Shown in pieces: positions 9,432 to 20,337 of a stretch of DNA of 32,000 bases. The stretch is from assembly GCF_001457595.1 (NCBI RefSeq), contig NZ_LN831039.1:1140001-1172000 (forward strand), in the 5' to 3' direction. A model generated the notes under the pieces. That model was given only the letters and a program-made list of their open reading frames with translations. It had not been told where the DNA came from and searched no databases. The first letter of the stretch is position 1. Every line of letters begins with the position of its first letter. Both the position numbers and the translations under genes were made by a program. This DNA is from Mycolicibacterium smegmatis. Its GTDB lineage: Bacteria; Actinomycetota; Actinomycetes; Mycobacteriales; Mycobacteriaceae.

Positions 9432-10163
9432 ATGCAGATCGCCGTCGTGCTGTACCCGACGTTCACCGCGCTCGACTTCATCGGCCCCTACGAGGTGCTG
9501 CGCAACCTGCCCGACGCCGAGGTGCGGTTCGTGTGGCACGAACCGGGCCCCGTCACCGCCGATTCGGGGGTGCTGATGGTCGGCGCGACCCACACCTTCG
9601 ACGAGACCCCGTCCCCCGACGTCGTGCTGGTGCCCGGCGGGCCGGGCAGTTCGGCGGCCGCGCGCGACGAACGCGTACTCGCCTGGCTGCGCGCGGTGCA
9701 TCCCACGGCCAACTGGGTGGCTTCGGTGTGCTCGGGGTCGATGGTGCTCGCCGCGGCGGGTCTGCTCGACGGGAAACGCGCGACGTCGCACTGGGGTGCC
9801 CTGAGCGCGCTCAAGATGTGTGGTGTCACCGCGGTGAGCGACGAACGCATCGTGCGCGCCGACGACAAGGTGATCACCGCTGCGGGCGTGTCCGCCGGAA
9901 TCGACCTGGGAATGTGGCTCGCCGGGCAGATCGCCGGCGAGGCCAAGGCGAAGGCCATCCAGTTGCTCATCGAGTACGACCCGCAGCCGCCGTTCGACGC
10001 CGGGCACATGTCCAAGGCGTCGGCGACCACCAAGGCCGGTGCCACGGCCCTGCTCGGCCGCGACATGATCAAGCCCGAGCCGCTCAAGGCGAGTGTGTTG
10101 CTGGCCTGGGATCAGGCGATCCGCAGGGTGCGAGGGCGGGGTGCGGCACGTCGTACCGCGTGA
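9432..10163 (+). CDS. DJ-1/PfpI family protein (isonitrile hydratase-like)
   Basis: MQIAVVLYPTFTALDFIGPYEVL, DVVLVPGGPG, WVASVCSGSMVLAAAGLLDGKRATSHW. Confidence 0.85.
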   Translation: MQIAVVLYPTFTALDFIGPYEVLRNLPDAEVRFVWHEPGPVTADSGVLMVGATHTFDETPSPDVVLVPGGPGSSAAARDERVLAWLRAVHPTANWVASVCSGSMVLAAAGLLDGKRATSHWGALSALKMCGVTAVSDERIVRADDKVITAAGVSAGIDLGMWLAGQIAGEAKAKAIQLLIEYDPQPPFDAGHMSKASATTKAGATALLGRDMIKPEPLKASVLLAWDQAIRRVRGRGAARRTA

Positions 10164-10200
10164 GCTGAGGCACCGAGCGTCATCAAGTAGCGTCAGCCAC

Positions 10201-11019
10201 GTGAACTTGGCTTACGACGAACGAGGTAAAGGCGAAGCGGTTCTGTTCATCGCCGGCCGCGGTGGGGCAGGCCGCACCTGGCATCTCAACCAGGTACCGG
10301 AGTTCCAGCGCGCCGGGTACCGCGTCATCACGTTCGACAACCGCGGGGTGGGCGCCACCGAGAACGCCGAGGGTTTCGGCACCGAGCAGATGGTCGCCGA
10401 CACCGCCGCGCTCATCGAGAAGCTCGACGCCGCGCCGGCACGCCTGGTGGGGGTGTCGATGGGATCGTTCATCGCGCAGGAGCTCATGGTGGCCCGGCCC
10501 GAACTGGTGCACTCGGCGGCGTTGATGGCCACGCGCGGCCGCCACGACCACGCCCGCGAGTTCTTCCGCAAGGCCGAGCTGGACCTGTCGCAGTCCGGTG
10601 TCGATTTGCCGCCGACCTTCGACGCGAAAGTCCGCATGCTGGAGAGCTTTTCGCCGAAAACCCTCAACGACGACGCGTTCGTGCGGGACTGGAGCGAGAT
10701 GTTCACCATGTGGCCGACCAAGCAGACCCCGGGTTCGCGCACCCAACTCGACGTCGGACCGGTGACCAACCGGCTGCCCGCGTACCGGGCCATCAGCCAC
10801 CCGGTGCTGGTCATCGGGTTCGCCGATGACGTCGTGCTCCCCGCCCACCTGGGCCGCGAGGTGGCCGACGCGATGCCCAACGGCCGCTATCTGCAGATCC
10901 CCGACACCGGGCACCTGGGCTTCATCGAGAAGCCGCAGGAGGTCAACGCGGCGATCTTGAATTTCTTTGCCGAGCACGGCGGCAGAAAGGTCACCAACCT
11001 GTTGGCGAATAAGCTGTAG
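10201..11019 (+). CDS. bpoC: Alpha/beta hydrolase, BpoC-like
   Basis: [70 protein letters not shown]; sits between menC and menD as Rv0554 does. Confidence 0.88.
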   Translation: MNLAYDERGKGEAVLFIAGRGGAGRTWHLNQVPEFQRAGYRVITFDNRGVGATENAEGFGTEQMVADTAALIEKLDAAPARLVGVSMGSFIAQELMVARPELVHSAALMATRGRHDHAREFFRKAELDLSQSGVDLPPTFDAKVRMLESFSPKTLNDDAFVRDWSEMFTMWPTKQTPGSRTQLDVGPVTNRLPAYRAISHPVLVIGFADDVVLPAHLGREVADAMPNGRYLQIPDTGHLGFIEKPQEVNAAILNFFAEHGGRKVTNLLANKL

Positions 11020-11021
11020 TG

Positions 11022-12662
11022 GTGAACCCATCGACGACACAGGCCCGCATCGTCGTCGACGAACTCATCCGCGGCGGTGTCCGCGACGTGGTCCTGTGCC
11101 CCGGCTCACGTAACGCACCGCTGGCGTTTGCGTTGTCCGACGCCGACCGGGCCGGCCGGATCCGGCTGCACGTGCGCATCGACGAGCGCACCGCCGGCTA
11201 CCTGGCGATCGGCCTCGCGGTGGCCGAACGCGCCCCGGTGTGCATCGCGATGACCTCGGGGACCGCGGTAGCCAACCTGGGCCCGGCGGTCGTGGAGGCC
11301 AACTACGCGCGGGTTCCGCTGATCGTGCTGAGCGCCAACCGGCCCTACGAGATGCTGGGCACCGGCGCCAACCAGACCTTCGAACAGCTCGGCTACTTCG
11401 GCACCCAGGTCCGCGCGGCCATCAGCCTCGGTCTGGCACCCGATCTGACCGGCCCCAACGCGGCCGACCTCGAAACCCTCAACGCACAGTGGCGCTCGGC
11501 GACGTGCCGTGTGCTGGTCGCGGCGACCGGCGCACGCAGCGCCAACGCGGGCCCGGTGCAGTTCGACATCCCGCTGCGCGAACCGCTCGTACCCGATCCG
11601 GCCGAGCCCGCGGGCGGCACCATCCCGCCCGGACGGCCCGACGGCCGGTCGTGGACGCACACGCCGCAGGTGACGTTCGACCAGCCCCTGGACATCGACC
11701 TCACGCCGGACACCGTGGTGATCGGCGGGCACGGCGCCGGGGAGCACCCGAACCTGGCCGAGCTGCCGACGGTCGCCGAGCCCACCGCCCCGCCGCCGGC
11801 CAACCCGCTGCACCCGCTCGCGCTGCGGCTCGCGCACCCCAAGCAGGTGATCATGCTGGGCCGCCCGACGCTGCACCGGCCGGTGTCGACGCTGCTGGCG
11901 GATCCGTCGGTGCCGGTCTACGCGCTCACGACGGGGCCGCGCTGGCCCGATGTCTCCGGCAATTCGCAGGCCACCGGCACCCGCGCGGTCACCAGCGGCG
12001 CCCCGAGCGTGGCCTGGCTGCGCAAGTGCGCCGAACTCAACGAGCACGCGGTCACCGCGGTACGCAAGCAACTGGCCGCACACCCGATGACCACGGGCCT
12101 GCACGTCGCCGCGGCCGTGGCCGACGCGCTGCGTCCCGGTGATCAGCTGGTGCTGGGCGCGTCGAACCCGGTACGCGACGCGGCGCTGGTGGGTCTGCGG
12201 CCCGACGGCATCAAGGTGCGGTCCAACCGCGGCGTCGCCGGCATCGACGGGACCATCTCGACGGCCATCGGCGCCGCGCTCGCCCACGACGGTCGGACCG
12301 TGGCACTCATAGGCGACCTGACGTTCGTGCACGACAGCTCGGGTCTGCTGATTGGCCCGACCGAGCCGACACCGCGCAGCCTGACCATCGTGGTGTCCAA
12401 CGACAACGGCGGCGGCATCTTCGAGTTGCTCGAGCAGGGTGATCCACGGTTCTCCGACGTGTCGTCGCGGATCTTCGGAACGCCGCACGACGTCAACATC
12501 GGCGCGCTGTGCCACGCCTACCACGTCGACTATCACCAGATCGAGGCCGACGCGCTCGGCGCGGCGCTCGAAGACCCGTTCCAGGGCATGCGGGTTTTGG
12601 AGGTGAAGGCCGACCGGTCATCGCTGCGCTCGCTGCACGCGTCGATCAAGGCGGCCCTGTGA
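11022..12662 (+). CDS. menD: 2-succinyl-5-enolpyruvyl-6-hydroxy-3-cyclohexene-1-carboxylate synthase MenD
   Basis: [58 protein letters not shown]; GTG start at 11022 (11019 possible). Confidence 0.97.
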   Translation: MNPSTTQARIVVDELIRGGVRDVVLCPGSRNAPLAFALSDADRAGRIRLHVRIDERTAGYLAIGLAVAERAPVCIAMTSGTAVANLGPAVVEANYARVPLIVLSANRPYEMLGTGANQTFEQLGYFGTQVRAAISLGLAPDLTGPNAADLETLNAQWRSATCRVLVAATGARSANAGPVQFDIPLREPLVPDPAEPAGGTIPPGRPDGRSWTHTPQVTFDQPLDIDLTPDTVVIGGHGAGEHPNLAELPTVAEPTAPPPANPLHPLALRLAHPKQVIMLGRPTLHRPVSTLLADPSVPVYALTTGPRWPDVSGNSQATGTRAVTSGAPSVAWLRKCAELNEHAVTAVRKQLAAHPMTTGLHVAAAVADALRPGDQLVLGASNPVRDAALVGLRPDGIKVRSNRGVAGIDGTISTAIGAALAHDGRTVALIGDLTFVHDSSGLLIGPTEPTPRSLTIVVSNDNGGGIFELLEQGDPRFSDVSSRIFGTPHDVNIGALCHAYHVDYHQIEADALGAALEDPFQGMRVLEVKADRSSLRSLHASIKAAL

Positions 12663-13156
12663 GGGTGCCCGTCGCCGACCGGGTGCGGGCCGCGGCCCGG
12701 GTCGTGCTCCCGCATCTCTACGGCGAGCCGGGGGAGACCCGCAGGCAGCGCATCATCCGGCGCGTGCGCATCGGCATCGTGATCGCGGCGTGCCTGGTGA
12801 CGCTGCAGTCGGTGCTGTTGGTGCTCGGCGCATGGCGCAACGACCGGCAGATCGAACGCAACATGGGTGTCGCCGCGGCCGAGGTGCTCAGCGCGGGCCC
12901 GCGCCGGTCGACCATCGAGTTCGTCACGCCCGACCGCGTCACCTACCGGCCCGAACTCGGCGTGCTGTACCCCAGCGAACTCGACACCGGCATGCGCATC
13001 TACGTCGAGTACGACAAGAACAACCCCGAGCTGGTGCGCGTGCGCGACCGCAACGCCGCGCTCGCGATCATCCCGGCCGGGTCGATCGCGGTGGTGGGGT
13101 GGATGATCGCAGGCGCCGCACTGGTCGGGCTGTGGCTGTTGCAGCGGCGTACCTGA
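12659..13156 (+). CDS. Conserved mycobacterial membrane protein (Rv0556-like, DUF3592-like)
   Basis: Two TM segments ([22 protein letters not shown]; [19 protein letters not shown]); GTGA start/stop overlap with menD. Confidence 0.85.
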   Translation: MRVPVADRVRAAARVVLPHLYGEPGETRRQRIIRRVRIGIVIAACLVTLQSVLLVLGAWRNDRQIERNMGVAAAEVLSAGPRRSTIEFVTPDRVTYRPELGVLYPSELDTGMRIYVEYDKNNPELVRVRDRNAALAIIPAGSIAVVGWMIAGAALVGLWLLQRRT

Positions 13157-13160
13157 GGTT

Positions 13161-13838
13161 CTACGACCCCAGGCCCAGCATCAGATCCGACAACCAGTCG
13201 TCGCGCAGCGGGACCAGCGTGTCCTCGTTGAGGTCGTACACCGCGGGCGTCGCGGCGACCCCCGCGGCGTCGGTGAGGTACTCGATGTTCTGCTCGGCCA
13301 CCATGTCGATGTCGACGCCCTCGTCGCCCGACCTGATGCGGTCGACCAGATCGGCGGAAATCCCGCTCTCGGAGGCCATGTCGGCCAGCTCGTCGTCGGA
13401 GGGGCCCGCACTGCCTTCGGGTTCCTGGTTCGACCACACGGTCTGCACGAACTTTTGGAACGTCGTGGCGTCGGTGTCCGGTCCCGCCGCGAGGAACAGC
13501 GCGTTGCTCACGTGCGCCGAGTAACCGGGGCCGTCGAGATCCAGGAACGTCATGGGTCGGTAGACGACCGCGAGCCGGCCCTCGCCGACGTACTCGGCGA
13601 TCTCGTCGCCGTAGTCGCGCTGCAACCGGCCACACGGCGGGCACTGTGGTTCGGCGAAGATCTCGATCCGCACCGGCGCTGCGTGATAGCCGATGAGGAT
13701 TCCCGAGCCGTCCTCGGTGATCTCGCTGCCGGGCGGGTCGGTGTTGGCCTGCGGCGTGCCCTCGACCACCCGCGCACAGCCGGCCGTGGTGAGGACCACA
13801 GCCGCCAGTACCGCACCCAACACCCGGGTCATCCGCAT
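13161..13838 (-). CDS. DsbA-like thioredoxin-fold lipoprotein
   Basis: Lipobox-like [25 protein letters not shown] (CPPC active site), late cis-Pro region GVAATPAVY. Confidence 0.85.
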   Translation of the reverse strand: MRMTRVLGAVLAAVVLTTAGCARVVEGTPQANTDPPGSEITEDGSGILIGYHAAPVRIEIFAEPQCPPCGRLQRDYGDEIAEYVGEGRLAVVYRPMTFLDLDGPGYSAHVSNALFLAAGPDTDATTFQKFVQTVWSNQEPEGSAGPSDDELADMASESGISADLVDRIRSGDEGVDIDMVAEQNIEYLTDAAGVAATPAVYDLNEDTLVPLRDDWLSDLMLGLGS

Positions 13839-13925
13839 GGCGGCAACCTTAGCGGGCATCGAGTTTTCGAGTGTCGTATCCCGTGGCGCAACCTCGCGGC
13901 CAACTGCGATGGGGAACATCGTGAC

Positions 13926-15053
13926 GTGCGCGTTGCCATCGTCGCAGAGTCCTTTCTCCCGAACGTCAACGGCGTCACCAACTCGGTGCTGCGGGTGATC
14001 GACCATCTCCGCCGAACCGGCCACGAGGTGCTCGTCATCGCGCCCGACACGCCCCGGGGTCAACCGCCCGCCGACCGGATCCACGACGGGGTGCGCGTGC
14101 ACCGCGTGCCGTCGCGGATGTTCCCGAAGATCACGTCGCTGCCGCTCGGTGTCCCCAGGCCGCGCATGATCGGTGTGCTGCGCGGTTTCGACCCCGACGT
14201 GGTGCACCTGGCGTCACCGGCGTTGTTGGGGTACGGCGGTCTGCACGCGGCGCGTCATCTCGGGGTGCCGAGTGTCGCGGTGTTCCAGACCGACGTCGCG
14301 GGATTCGCCGAGAGCTACGGCATGGGCGTCGCGTCCCGCGCGGCGTGGGCGTGGACCCGGCATCTGCACAGCCGCGCCGACCGCACCCTCGCCCCGTCCA
14401 CGTCGGCCATGGAAAACCTTGCCGCCCACCGTATTCCCCGTGTGTACCGGTGGGGACGCGGTGTCGACATCACCGGTTTCGTACCGTCTGCGCGTGACGA
14501 GCATCTGCGGCGCACCTGGTCACCCGACGGCAGGCCGATCGTCGGCTTCGTCGGCAGGCTCGCGCCCGAGAAACACGTCGAACGGTTGGCGGTCCTCGCG
14601 GCACGCGACGATCTGCAACTGGTCGTCGTCGGCGACGGCGTCGACCGTGCGAAGCTCGAAACCCTCCTGCCCGCCGCGGTTTTCACCGGCGAGCTGCGCG
14701 GTGCCGCGCTCGCAGCCGCGTACGCGAGCATGGACGTGTTCGTGCATCCCGGTGAACACGAGACGTTCTGCCAGACCGTGCAGGAGGCGATGGCCTCGGG
14801 AGTTCCGGTGATCGCGCCCGACGCGGGTGGTCCGCGGGATCTGGTGGCGCCCTGGCGAACCGGCCTGCTGCTCGACGTCGACGGGTTCGAGAACGCCCTG
14901 CCCGCGGCGGTCGAGCACCTGCTCGCCGAACGCCGCCGCTACGGGATCGCGGCGCGCCGCAGCGTGTTGGCCCGCACCTGGCCGGTGGTGTGCGACGAGC
15001 TCATCGGCCATTACGAGGCCGTCCTCGGCCGGCGTAGCCTGCGTGCGGCCTAG
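13926..15053 (+). CDS. mgtA: GDP-mannose-dependent alpha-mannosyltransferase MgtA
   Basis: [91 protein letters not shown]. Confidence 0.93.
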   Translation: MRVAIVAESFLPNVNGVTNSVLRVIDHLRRTGHEVLVIAPDTPRGQPPADRIHDGVRVHRVPSRMFPKITSLPLGVPRPRMIGVLRGFDPDVVHLASPALLGYGGLHAARHLGVPSVAVFQTDVAGFAESYGMGVASRAAWAWTRHLHSRADRTLAPSTSAMENLAAHRIPRVYRWGRGVDITGFVPSARDEHLRRTWSPDGRPIVGFVGRLAPEKHVERLAVLAARDDLQLVVVGDGVDRAKLETLLPAAVFTGELRGAALAAAYASMDVFVHPGEHETFCQTVQEAMASGVPVIAPDAGGPRDLVAPWRTGLLLDVDGFENALPAAVEHLLAERRRYGIAARRSVLARTWPVVCDELIGHYEAVLGRRSLRAA

Positions 15054-17014
15054 TGTTTCGCGTGGTCTTTCTCGCGGGCCAGCCAGGGGATCAGCCCGCC
15101 GGCGAGCACGTGGTCGATCTGACGTGACGAAAGCCGGTGGCACACTGAGAAAGTGGTGTTCTTGGTCGTGTTGGTGACGATGAGCGGCTGGTCGTCGTGC
15201 AATGTCTGCCATACATCGGACAGGGTGAGCACATCGTCCTGGTCGATGCGGTCGTAATCGGCGTCGTCGACGAACTCCAACGCGAGCACCCCGAAGTTGG
15301 CCAGGTTCTGCCAGTGGATACGGGCGAACGATTTGGCGATGACCGCCAACAGTCCGAGATGCCGCGGCGCGATGGCCGCGTGTTCGCGTGACGAGCCCTG
15401 CCCGTAGTTGTCCCCGCCGACGACGATGTGACCCTGCGGCGTGGATTTCGCGCGCTCCGGATAGGTTTCGTCGACCTGGGTGAAGCTGAACATGGCGAGC
15501 TTGGGGATGTTCGAGCGGTACGGGAGGGCCCTGGCACCGGCGGGCGATATCTCGTCGGTGGAGATGTTGTCGCCGACCTTGAGCAGCACCGGCGCCTCGA
15601 TGGTGTCGCCCAGCGGCCGCAGATCGGGAAGGTCGGAGATGTTGGGTCCCTTCACCACCTCGACCGCTTTGGCCTCCTCCGGTGGTGGTGGTTCGACCAG
15701 CATGGCCGTGTTGACGGTGTGGTGAGACGGCAGGTCCAGAGCCGGGTAGTCGACGTCGTTGTCCTTCGCCCACTGACGCGGATCGGTGATCACACCGGTG
15801 ATCGCCGAGGCCGCGGCCGTTTCCGGAGAGCACAGCCACACCGAATCCTCCCTGGTGCCCGACCGGCCCGGGAAGTTGCGGGGCATGGTGCGCAGCGAGT
15901 TGCGGCCCGTGGCAGGCGCCTGACCCATGCCGATGCAGCCCATGCACCCGGCCTGGTGGATGCGGGCCCCGTTGATCACCAGGTCGGTGGTCGCGCCCAT
16001 CTTGGTCAGATCGGTCAGGATCTCGCGTGATGTCGGGTTGACGTCGAAGCTGACCTCAGGGGAGGTCTGGCGGCCGCGGACCATCGCGGCAGCGATCGCG
16101 AAGTCCCGCAGTCCCGGGTTTGCGCTGGAACCGATGACCACCTGGGAGACGGGTTCGCCCGCGACCTCGGCGACCGTGACGACGTTGCCCGGTGACGACG
16201 GCTTCGCGATGAGCGGTTCGATCTCGGAGAGGTCGATCGTCTCCTCGATGTCGTACTCGGCGCCCTCGTCGGCGAGCAGTTCCACCCAGTCGTCGCCGCG
16301 GTCCTCGGCGACCAGGAACTCGCGCACGGCCTCGTCGCTGGGGAACACCGTGGTGGTGGCCCCGAGTTCGGCACCCATGTTGGCGATGACGTGGCGGTCC
16401 ATCGCCGACAGGCTGTCCAGGCCCGGGCCGTGGTACTCCAGTATCCGGTTCAGCCCACCTTTGACGTCGTGCCGGCGCAGCATCTCCAGGATAACGTCCT
16501 TGGCCGAACACCATTGCGGGAGTTCGCCTTCCAGGCGGATTCCCCACACCTCGGGCATCCGCAGATGAAGCGGCTCACCGGCGATGGCCAACGCGACCTC
16601 CAGGCCGCCGACGCCGATCGCGAGCATGCCCAGTGAGCCCGCCGCGGGGGTGTGCGAATCGGAGCCGACCATGGTCTTGCCGGGGATCCCGAAACGTTGC
16701 ATATGGGTGGGGTGCGACACCCCGTTTCCCGGTTTGGAGAACCACAGGCCGAACCGTTGCGCCGCGGTACGCAGGTACTCGTGGTCCTCGGCGTTCTTCT
16801 CGTCGGTCTGCAGCAGGTTGTGGTCGACGTACTGGACGCTGACCTCGGTGCGGGCCCGGTCGAGTTGCAGGGCCTCGAGTTCCTGCATGACCAGTGTCCC
16901 GGTGGCGTCCTGGGTCAGGGTCTGGTCGATGCGGATGGCGATCTCGTCTCCCGGTGTCATGTCGCCGGAGACGAGATGCGATCCGATCAACTTGTGGGTG
17001 ACACTCTGCGACAT
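15050..17014 (-). CDS. Aconitate hydratase, ~650-aa class
   Basis: [66 protein letters not shown]. Confidence 0.93.
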   Translation of the reverse strand: MSQSVTHKLIGSHLVSGDMTPGDEIAIRIDQTLTQDATGTLVMQELEALQLDRARTEVSVQYVDHNLLQTDEKNAEDHEYLRTAAQRFGLWFSKPGNGVSHPTHMQRFGIPGKTMVGSDSHTPAAGSLGMLAIGVGGLEVALAIAGEPLHLRMPEVWGIRLEGELPQWCSAKDVILEMLRRHDVKGGLNRILEYHGPGLDSLSAMDRHVIANMGAELGATTTVFPSDEAVREFLVAEDRGDDWVELLADEGAEYDIEETIDLSEIEPLIAKPSSPGNVVTVAEVAGEPVSQVVIGSSANPGLRDFAIAAAMVRGRQTSPEVSFDVNPTSREILTDLTKMGATTDLVINGARIHQAGCMGCIGMGQAPATGRNSLRTMPRNFPGRSGTREDSVWLCSPETAAASAITGVITDPRQWAKDNDVDYPALDLPSHHTVNTAMLVEPPPPEEAKAVEVVKGPNISDLPDLRPLGDTIEAPVLLKVGDNISTDEISPAGARALPYRSNIPKLAMFSFTQVDETYPERAKSTPQGHIVVGGDNYGQGSSREHAAIAPRHLGLLAVIAKSFARIHWQNLANFGVLALEFVDDADYDRIDQDDVLTLSDVWQTLHDDQPLIVTNTTKNTTFSVCHRLSSRQIDHVLAGGLIPWLAREKDHAKH

Positions 17015-17071
17015 CTACCCAGGCTTCCCGGGGTGGCCCCGGTTGAAACGGTTCGCGGGCTTGCCGATTTT

Positions 17072-17134
17072 CGCCGAGGCTACGGTTTCTCGCGTGAATT
17101 CCGAGAATTCACACGAAAAACCGTAGCCTCGGCG
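17072..17134. terminator. 30-bp-arm hairpin between the SDR and aconitase genes (terminator or repeat element)
   Basis: CGCCGAGGCTACGGTTTCTCGCGTGAATTC - CGA - GAATTCACACGAAAAACCGTAGCCTCGGCG, 28 of 30 positions paired; begins 8 nt past the SDR stop. Confidence 0.6.
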
Positions 17135-17141
17135 CAAACAC

Positions 17142-17966
17142 TCAGCCTTGTGCTTCGACGGCCACCGGCTGCCACTCCTCCCAGAGCTTGATCCGGCGCT
17201 CGTAGTCGGCCTTGGCGATCTCGAGCGGACGCTCACCGAAGAACACACGCAGCGGCGGCTTTTCGGCGTCGACGATCTTCAGCACGGCCGATGCCGACGC
17301 CTTCGGGTCGCCCGGCTTGGAGTTGCGCTGCGACCGCGCCGTGTTCGTGGCGTCGCGCAGCTCGTCGTAATCGGCGATCGGCGTTGCGTGCTTGGCCGAC
17401 GAGCCCGCCCAGTCGGTGGAAAACCCGCCCGGCTCGATCAGCGTCACGTGGATGCCGAATCCCTCGACCTCCTGTGCCAGCGACTGTGAGAAGCCCTCCA
17501 GCGCCCACTTCGACGCGTGGTACATGCCCACGAGCGGGAACGCCGAGATACCGCCGATCGACGACACCTGGATGATGTGCCCGCTGCGCTGCGCACGCAG
17601 GATCGGCAGCGCGGCCTGCGTCACCCACAGGGCGCCGAACAGGTTCGTCTCGATCTGAGCGCGCGCCTCGGCCTCTGAGAGTTCCTCGATGAACCCGAAC
17701 TGTCCGTAGCCGGCGTTGTTGACCACGATGTCGAGCCGCCCGAAGTGCTCATGGGCCTGCTTGACCGCGGCGAAGTCGGCGGCACGGTCATCGACGTCGA
17801 GCTGCAGCGGCAGCAGCGCGTCGCCGTACTTGTCGGCCAGATCGGCCAGGGTCGCGGTGTCGCGCGCGGTGGCGGCGACCTTGTCGCCACGGTCGAGGGC
17901 CGCTATCGCCCACTCCCGGCCGAAGCCCCGCGAAGCACCTGTGATGAACCAGACTTTCTCACTCAT
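17142..17966 (-). CDS. Short-chain dehydrogenase/reductase
   Basis: [56 protein letters not shown]; ATG at 17966 with GAGG upstream. Confidence 0.93.
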   Translation of the reverse strand: MSEKVWFITGASRGFGREWAIAALDRGDKVAATARDTATLADLADKYGDALLPLQLDVDDRAADFAAVKQAHEHFGRLDIVVNNAGYGQFGFIEELSEAEARAQIETNLFGALWVTQAALPILRAQRSGHIIQVSSIGGISAFPLVGMYHASKWALEGFSQSLAQEVEGFGIHVTLIEPGGFSTDWAGSSAKHATPIADYDELRDATNTARSQRNSKPGDPKASASAVLKIVDAEKPPLRVFFGERPLEIAKADYERRIKLWEEWQPVAVEAQG

Positions 17967-18095
17967 ATCCAACCTCTTCTGTATCGGCCTGTGCGGTTCA
18001 AGGCGCGCGAGGCGATGCTCATTCCCGGCTGCAGGATGTTCACAGAGGTTCGGTCACTGTCAGTCTTTTGCCGGGCGCCCGGTAGCGTCGGCGTC

Positions 18096-18785
18096 GTGAG
18101 TCGAGCGAGCTTGGAGAAGAATCCCCACGACGTGGCATCGATGTTCGACGCCGTCGCGAAGCGCTACGACCTGACCAACACGGTGCTGTCGCTCGGTCAG
18201 GACCGGTTCTGGCGTCGCGAGACCAAGTCGGCCCTGCGTATCGGGCCAGCGGACAAGGTGCTGGACCTGGCCGCCGGGACCGCGGTGTCCACCGTCGAGC
18301 TCGCCAAGTCCGGCGCGTGGTGTGTGGCCGCGGACTTCTCGGTCGGCATGCTGGCCGCCGGGGCGTCTCGCCAGGTACCCAAGGTTGCCGGCGACGCCAC
18401 GCGGCTGCCGTTCGCCGACGAGGTCTTCGACGCCGTCACCATCAGCTTCGGTCTGCGCAACGTCGTCGACCACAAGGCAGGCCTGCGCGAGATGGCGCGG
18501 GTGACCAAGCCGGGCGGGCGCCTGGTGGTGTGCGAATTCTCCACGCCCACCAACCGCCTGTTCTCCACGGTCTACAAGGAGTATTTGATGAAGGCGCTGC
18601 CTGCCATGGCCACGGCGGTGTCGAGCAATCCCGAGGCCTACGTCTACCTCGCCGAGTCCATCCGCGCCTGGCCCACCCAGGCCGAGCTCGCCCGCCAGAT
18701 CGGCGAGGCCGGCTGGTCCGACGTCCGCTGGCGCAACCTCACCGGCGGCATCGTGGCCCTGCACGCCGCCACCAAGCCCGCCTAG
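18096..18785 (+). CDS. menG: Demethylmenaquinone methyltransferase
   Basis: [52 protein letters not shown]; menG/menH/ubiE family, GTG start. Confidence 0.95.
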
Positions 18786-18925
18786 GCCCTTTCAAGGCCG
18801 CCGAGCGGGCAGTTCTGTCACTCTGCACCGCGAGCGTGCGGGTCTGCACCCCGACACACCGCCATCAAGCAGCACTCGACGCACGCTCACCACGACCGAG
18901 CGCGCGCCGAGCGGCGACACAGGTG

Positions 18926-20278
18926 TCAAAGGTCGAAAAGTCGCCGCCGATCCCAGTCGGTGACCGCAAGCTGACTGGCGCGCAGTTCGCTGGACAAGAA
19001 CGTAGTGATGTGTTCGACGGCCGCCTCGCCGAGGGTCTGCCGAGTAACCGGGCTGTCGTAGAAAGCGTCGAGCGCTTCACCGAGTGACTCGGGCAGCGGC
19101 CGACCGATCTTCTCGGTGTAGGCGTTCCGCTGCCCCACTTCGTCGGCGGGAAGGAGGCCGCGTTCGATGCCTTCGAGTCCGGCCGCCAACAGTGCGGCAT
19201 ATCCCAGATAGGGATTGATGTCGGCGCCCGGGATGCGGTTCTCTAAGTGGCGGGCCGAGCCGTGGCCGGTGACGCGCAGCGCCACCGTGCGGTTGTCATC
19301 ACCCCAGGTGAGCGCAGTCGGGGCGAACGTGCCATCGCGAAAACGCTTGTATGAGTTCGGGTATGGCGCCCAAAGCAGGAAGAAATCACGTGCGAAAGCC
19401 TGCAGTCCGGCGCCGAAATGGCGTAACAGGTTCTCATCTGTGGCGAACAGATTGCTGCCGTTCTCATCGGTCAGCGAGATGTGCAGGTGCGAGCTCGATC
19501 CGGCCCAGTGGTCATCGACTTTGGCCATGAACGTTGCGCTCATTCCGTGGCGGCGGAAAATTTGGCGGGTGGCCATCTTGTAGAGCGCATGCTGATCGGC
19601 CATCCGCATCGGATCGGTGGGGACCAGGGTCACCTCATACTGGCCTGGACAGTATTCGGTCTTGGCGGTCTCGACCTCGATGCCGGTGCGCTGCAACGCG
19701 CCGAACAACTCCGCCATGATCGTCTCGTCGGTGCTGATGGCGCAGGCCAGCTCGGGTTGTAAGGTTTCGCGGATCGGTTTGAGACCGGTGAAGCCCTGTT
19801 GGGCAAGTGTTTCCGAGGTGTGCTGGAGCGCGAAGAACTCGAGCTCCGAGGTAACCAGAGGTTGGTAACCCGCACTGTGCGCACGCTCGATCTGTTTGCG
19901 CAGGATGTTGCGAGGTGACGCGAAAAACGGTGTGCCGTCACCGGTCACGACATCGGCGAACGCGATGCCGACACCGTCCTGCCAACCCATCGGGCGAAGA
20001 GTGTCGGGGTCGGTGACGAAGCGCAGGTCGCCGTAACCGTGATCCCATCCCACGCCGCTGAACCCGTCGAGAAGTTCATGGCCGAGTCCCCAACCGAACA
20101 CCACTTCGCAGGTATTTACGGCCTTCGACGCGGACGCCTGGTAGTGGGGCCAACTGTGTCGCCTTCCCAACAGGCGTCCGGCCAGATCGGGTGTTGCGAC
20201 GACGACCGCGCTGAACGGGTCGGTCGCTGTGTTGACGAAGCCGTTCGTCGTGGTGCGGGGCGAGGCAGCGTTCACCAT
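18926..20278 (-). CDS. Glutamine synthetase-family gamma-glutamyl-amine ligase (PuuA/GlnA3-GlnA4-like)
   Basis: TSELEFFAL, EYCPGQYEVTL, GSSSHLHISL, NSYKRFRDGTFAPTALTWGDDNRTVALRV, ENRIPGADINPYL; AGGAG RBS. Confidence 0.9.
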   Translation of the reverse strand: MVNAASPRTTTNGFVNTATDPFSAVVVATPDLAGRLLGRRHSWPHYQASASKAVNTCEVVFGWGLGHELLDGFSGVGWDHGYGDLRFVTDPDTLRPMGWQDGVGIAFADVVTGDGTPFFASPRNILRKQIERAHSAGYQPLVTSELEFFALQHTSETLAQQGFTGLKPIRETLQPELACAISTDETIMAELFGALQRTGIEVETAKTEYCPGQYEVTLVPTDPMRMADQHALYKMATRQIFRRHGMSATFMAKVDDHWAGSSSHLHISLTDENGSNLFATDENLLRHFGAGLQAFARDFFLLWAPYPNSYKRFRDGTFAPTALTWGDDNRTVALRVTGHGSARHLENRIPGADINPYLGYAALLAAGLEGIERGLLPADEVGQRNAYTEKIGRPLPESLGEALDAFYDSPVTRQTLGEAAVEHITTFLSSELRASQLAVTDWDRRRLFDL

Positions 20279-20301
20279 TGAAGCTCCTAAATGGACTAGG
20301 G

Positions 20302-20317
20302 TTGATCCATAGACCAA
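20302..20317. promoter_or_regulatory. Candidate GntR/FadR operator TTGATC-CATA-GACCAA
   Basis: Inverted repeat (5 of 6 per arm paired) in the divergent interval between the GS-like gene and the GntR gene. Confidence 0.5.
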
Positions 20318-20337
20318 TCGAAGATACAGTACGACGC

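Noticed and set aside
7890-10007. 705-aa minus-strand ORF
   Set aside because: Antisense to the LLM oxidoreductase and both DJ-1 genes; Arg/His/Gly-rich shadow frame typical of high-GC DNA
11106-12536. 476-aa minus-strand ORF
   Set aside because: Antisense to menD, which has unambiguous family motifs
14520-15947. 475-aa minus-strand ORF
   Set aside because: Overlaps mgtA and a different frame of the clearly conserved aconitase; no recognisable domain
18786-18925. GAGCGTGCG / CGCACGCTC inverted repeat after menG
   Set aside because: Only 9-bp arms separated by about 43 nt; expected by chance in GC-rich sequence
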